Shown here: piece by piece, positions 25,856 to 28,019 of the stretch
Layout: each line of letters starts with the position of its first letter
Numbering within the stretch: position 1 is the first letter of the stretch
Assembly: GCA_038065455.1 (NCBI GenBank)
Contig: JBBTQX010000006.1
Coordinates: 1-28,019, forward strand
Direction of reading: 5' to 3'
DNA from: Patescibacteria group bacterium
GTDB taxonomy: Bacteria > Patescibacteriota > Minisyncoccia > UBA6257 > GWB1-50-10
DNA: 28,019 nucleotides
The notes under the pieces: generated by a model
Seen by the model: the letters and a program-made list of their open reading frames with translations, nothing else
What the model was told of the DNA's origin: nothing
Databases searched by the model: none
Position numbers and translations under genes: made by a program

Positions 25856-25876
25856 AACTTATGAAAATAATCTAAT

Positions 25877-26629
25877 TTATTCGGGGCGAATAAATTTGTT
25901 TCTGTCTTTGGTGGCTTCTCGATATAAATTTCGTGCAATTTTTCCAAGTATATCTCTATTCTTTTCCAAAATTCGCTCTTCCATTTCGTACGGAAAAGCT
26001 TCAACTTTCGCATTTGTTCCGATAGTGCACGCATTTAAGATTCGCTCCTGAACTGATCCGCTATCGAAACTATATGTATAACCCGCCGGTACCATTTTTG
26101 AACGTCTCGGATGATAAAAATCAAAACATAAGACATCCCAATGTTTTCCGTCCATTGTTACCACCTCATAAACATCAACCACTAAACCACCAAGCTCCTC
26201 AACTTTCAAAGACGCAGGCCGATGATATATGAGTCGCTGACCATTAAAACGTAATCTATTGAGATATTTATACTCCCCAACAACCCCGTTCGCAGGTATA
26301 GGGTTTGTCGAGCTTGTTCCGAAATCTCCAAATCCACCTGAAATTTTATCACAATCCTCACCACCCAAAGCTTTCTCTAATATAGTTTTTGCACGTGGGT
26401 CATTCCATCTTTCTTTCAATTCTTCCTCTTGTTCTTTTTTGTTACCATCTTTCATTTCATCTAATTCAGCAAAAAATTCTGCAAATAATTCGGTTATGTC
26501 AAAATCATCAGGGGCAATGCCCAAATCTTCAAGACCTCGTTGTAAAAGCCCGGAGTTCTTTTTAAGTTCCTCAATGGGATATTGAGGTACTTTTTGGATT
26601 TGTTTATTTTGGTTGTTATCCTTGTCCAT
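25877..26629 (-). CDS. Hypothetical protein with GxFG...NPIP..G..GE..YL..L motif
   Basis: 250-aa ORF overlapping the J-domain gene by 14 bp. Confidence 0.8.
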   Translation of the reverse strand: MDKDNNQNKQIQKVPQYPIEELKKNSGLLQRGLEDLGIAPDDFDITELFAEFFAELDEMKDGNKKEQEEELKERWNDPRAKTILEKALGGEDCDKISGGFGDFGTSSTNPIPANGVVGEYKYLNRLRFNGQRLIYHRPASLKVEELGGLVVDVYEVVTMDGKHWDVLCFDFYHPRRSKMVPAGYTYSFDSGSVQERILNACTIGTNAKVEAFPYEMEERILEKNRDILGKIARNLYREATKDRNKFIRPE

Positions 26630-27404
26630 ATTTTTTCTTTAATCCACCGAGCTGATTTTCTTTTTTGGCTATATCCGTCAAAACTTTTTCGGAAAGTTCA
26701 TTGAGTAAATCTCGCTTTTGTCGAGTGGCAGTTTCAATGTTATTTTTGAGGATTGCCCATTCGGATTTTCGCATAACTTCAAAGTCAGAATTTGCTTTTT
26801 CGATTGATTTTTCGAGGGTCACCAACTTTGCTTTCAGTGCTTCAATCGTTGAAGTTTCAATATCTGCGGCGGATTTCTCGCGGTCAATTGCTCGCAAGGT
26901 TTCCAAATCTCCTTCTGCGTATGCTTTGTTTATCTTCTTCATTATTTCCTCGTTTCCATGCGCCAAATCCGGGTGGTATTTATGCGCAAGTTTGCGCCAA
27001 AGTTTTTTCAGTTCCTCTTGCTCGTCAGCGGAAATAATTTTTCGACTCTCAAAATCCTTTGCTTCCTCGTCAAGTTTATGATATTCCTCTTTGATTTGTT
27101 CGCGTCGTTTTTTCAGCGTTTCTTCAACTATTTTCTGCGCTTCCGAAAAAGAAAAGCCCTTATCGAGTAAATCTTCAATTTTTTTGAATTTCAAAATCTC
27201 TAAATCAACCTCATCAAGCCGCAAATACAACCGCCCGATTTTAATATCATATTCTTGCTTGAGAATCGATAAGTCTATTTTCAATTGCTCGGCTTTTTCG
27301 AGAAGTGCTACAAGGAGTTTTTCTTTTTCGGCAATAGCGCGCTCCAATTCTCGCTTTTCTAGCGGTTCATCAAGAGAGGAATTTGTTTTTATGATATTGC
27401 TCAT
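26616..27404 (-). CDS. Coiled-coil protein with an internal J domain
   Basis: LKKLWRKLAHKYHPD...MKKINKAY (HPD motif) flanked by long heptad-rich helices. Confidence 0.88.
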   Translation of the reverse strand: MSNIIKTNSSLDEPLEKRELERAIAEKEKLLVALLEKAEQLKIDLSILKQEYDIKIGRLYLRLDEVDLEILKFKKIEDLLDKGFSFSEAQKIVEETLKKRREQIKEEYHKLDEEAKDFESRKIISADEQEELKKLWRKLAHKYHPDLAHGNEEIMKKINKAYAEGDLETLRAIDREKSAADIETSTIEALKAKLVTLEKSIEKANSDFEVMRKSEWAILKNNIETATRQKRDLLNELSEKVLTDIAKKENQLGGLKKKYGQG

Positions 27405-27406
27405 AG

Positions 27407-27619
27407 TTATTCTTTCATTAAATCGTCAAGCGAAATTTTCAACGCCTCGGCAATTTTCTTCACTGTTTCAATTGTCGGATTCGGCGTTGCGCCCGCTTCA
27501 ATTTTGGCGATAGTATGAAAAGCGAGATTGGCTCTTTTCGATAGCACATCTTGAGAAATACCGAGCTTTTGTCGGTATTTCTTCATATTGTCGGCAATTG
27601 TGGATTTTGACTTTGACAT
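27407..27619 (-). CDS. XRE/Cro-family HTH regulator (70 aa)
   Basis: IADNMKKYRQKLGISQDVLSKRANLAFHTIAKIEAG..NPTIETVKKIAEALKISLDDL. ATG 27619 preferred over the track's 27658. Confidence 0.92.
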   Translation of the reverse strand: MSKSKSTIADNMKKYRQKLGISQDVLSKRANLAFHTIAKIEAGATPNPTIETVKKIAEALKISLDDLMKE

Positions 27620-27627
27620 AGTTCGTA

Positions 27628-27653
27628 TAACTATACTATGATAGTTAGTATAG
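27628..27653. promoter_or_regulatory. Overlapping palindromes upstream of the HTH gene, putative operator
   Basis: TAACTAT-N6-ATAGTTA (27628-27647) and CTATACTA-N7-TAGTATAG (27631-27653), overlapping -10-like TATACT and TATAGT hexamers. Confidence 0.5.
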
Positions 27654-27771
27654 AGCATTTGGTTTCACTATCACAATTTAGTATATGCAATTTTTCACTT
27701 TTTATCAAATGAATTTTAGGGAGTTCCTTGCTCTTTTCCGCGCAGGGAGGGAGGGGCAAGGAAAAGAATTG

Positions 27772-27922
27772 AAGCCCGCAAAAATTTTTCGCTGTGGGAG
27801 CGAGGGGGCGGCGGAAGGGGGGTGTGGGGGGAATTCCGCCGCACCCGAGCGTTCCGCCGGAGCGAAGCGGAGGCGGTCAGTTCCGTTCAAAATAGGTTCG
27901 CGCATTTTCAAACAAAGGGCAC
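27772..27922 (-). repeat. 151-bp GC-rich inverted repeat, right copy
   Basis: Reverse complement of 25076-25226; embedded in a longer hairpin-rich non-coding region running to the window end. Confidence 0.95.
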
Positions 27923-28019
27923 CAAATTGGACTTCGCGATTTTTTGGAAGCCAAAGCGATAGTCTGCTCGCCGCGCCTGCGGGCGCGGCTCGCAAGGAAT
28001 TGGGCGGTAAAATCATACG

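Noticed and set aside
1-28019. CRISPR array, DGR, retron, prophage or transposase
   Set aside because: No regularly spaced direct repeats and no RT, Cas, integrase or transposase ORF. The 151-bp repeats show no adenine-specific differences, unlike a DGR TR/VR pair.

Overview
Core-genome window, most likely from a Patescibacteria/CPR (Parcubacteria-like) bacterium. This is inferred from the compact RpoB/RpoC, ThrS lacking its N1 domain, rplK with no adjacent rplA, the VirB4/TraD-like ATPase, the pilin-LamG protein and the scarcity of SD sites. The + strand carries thrS-miaA-rpmF-nusB. A long - strand run follows (transcription order): pilin/LamG, hypothetical, T4SS-type ATPase, GtrA, GT2, galT, tpiA, hypothetical, rodA, mltG, rpoB, rpoC, rpsF, ssb, rpsR, PAP2, tsaC, secE, nusG, rplK. 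The most striking signal lies between genes: several families of tiny inverted-repeat elements sit exactly on gene-expression signals of essential operons and duplicate them. Three ~123-bp copies sit at the start codons of rpoC, ssb and rpsR. A 128-bp element sits at the nusG stop codon, with a solo end at the rpsR stop. A 35-bp hairpin sits at the -35 box of the rpsF promoter. Each full-length element carries a short ORF ending 4-5 nt before the downstream ATG, which could preserve translational coupling. The right end holds an AT-richer four-gene cassette (XRE-HTH, J-domain, two unknowns) bracketed by 151-bp inverted repeats. TpiA lacks the conserved dimer-interface loop 3.
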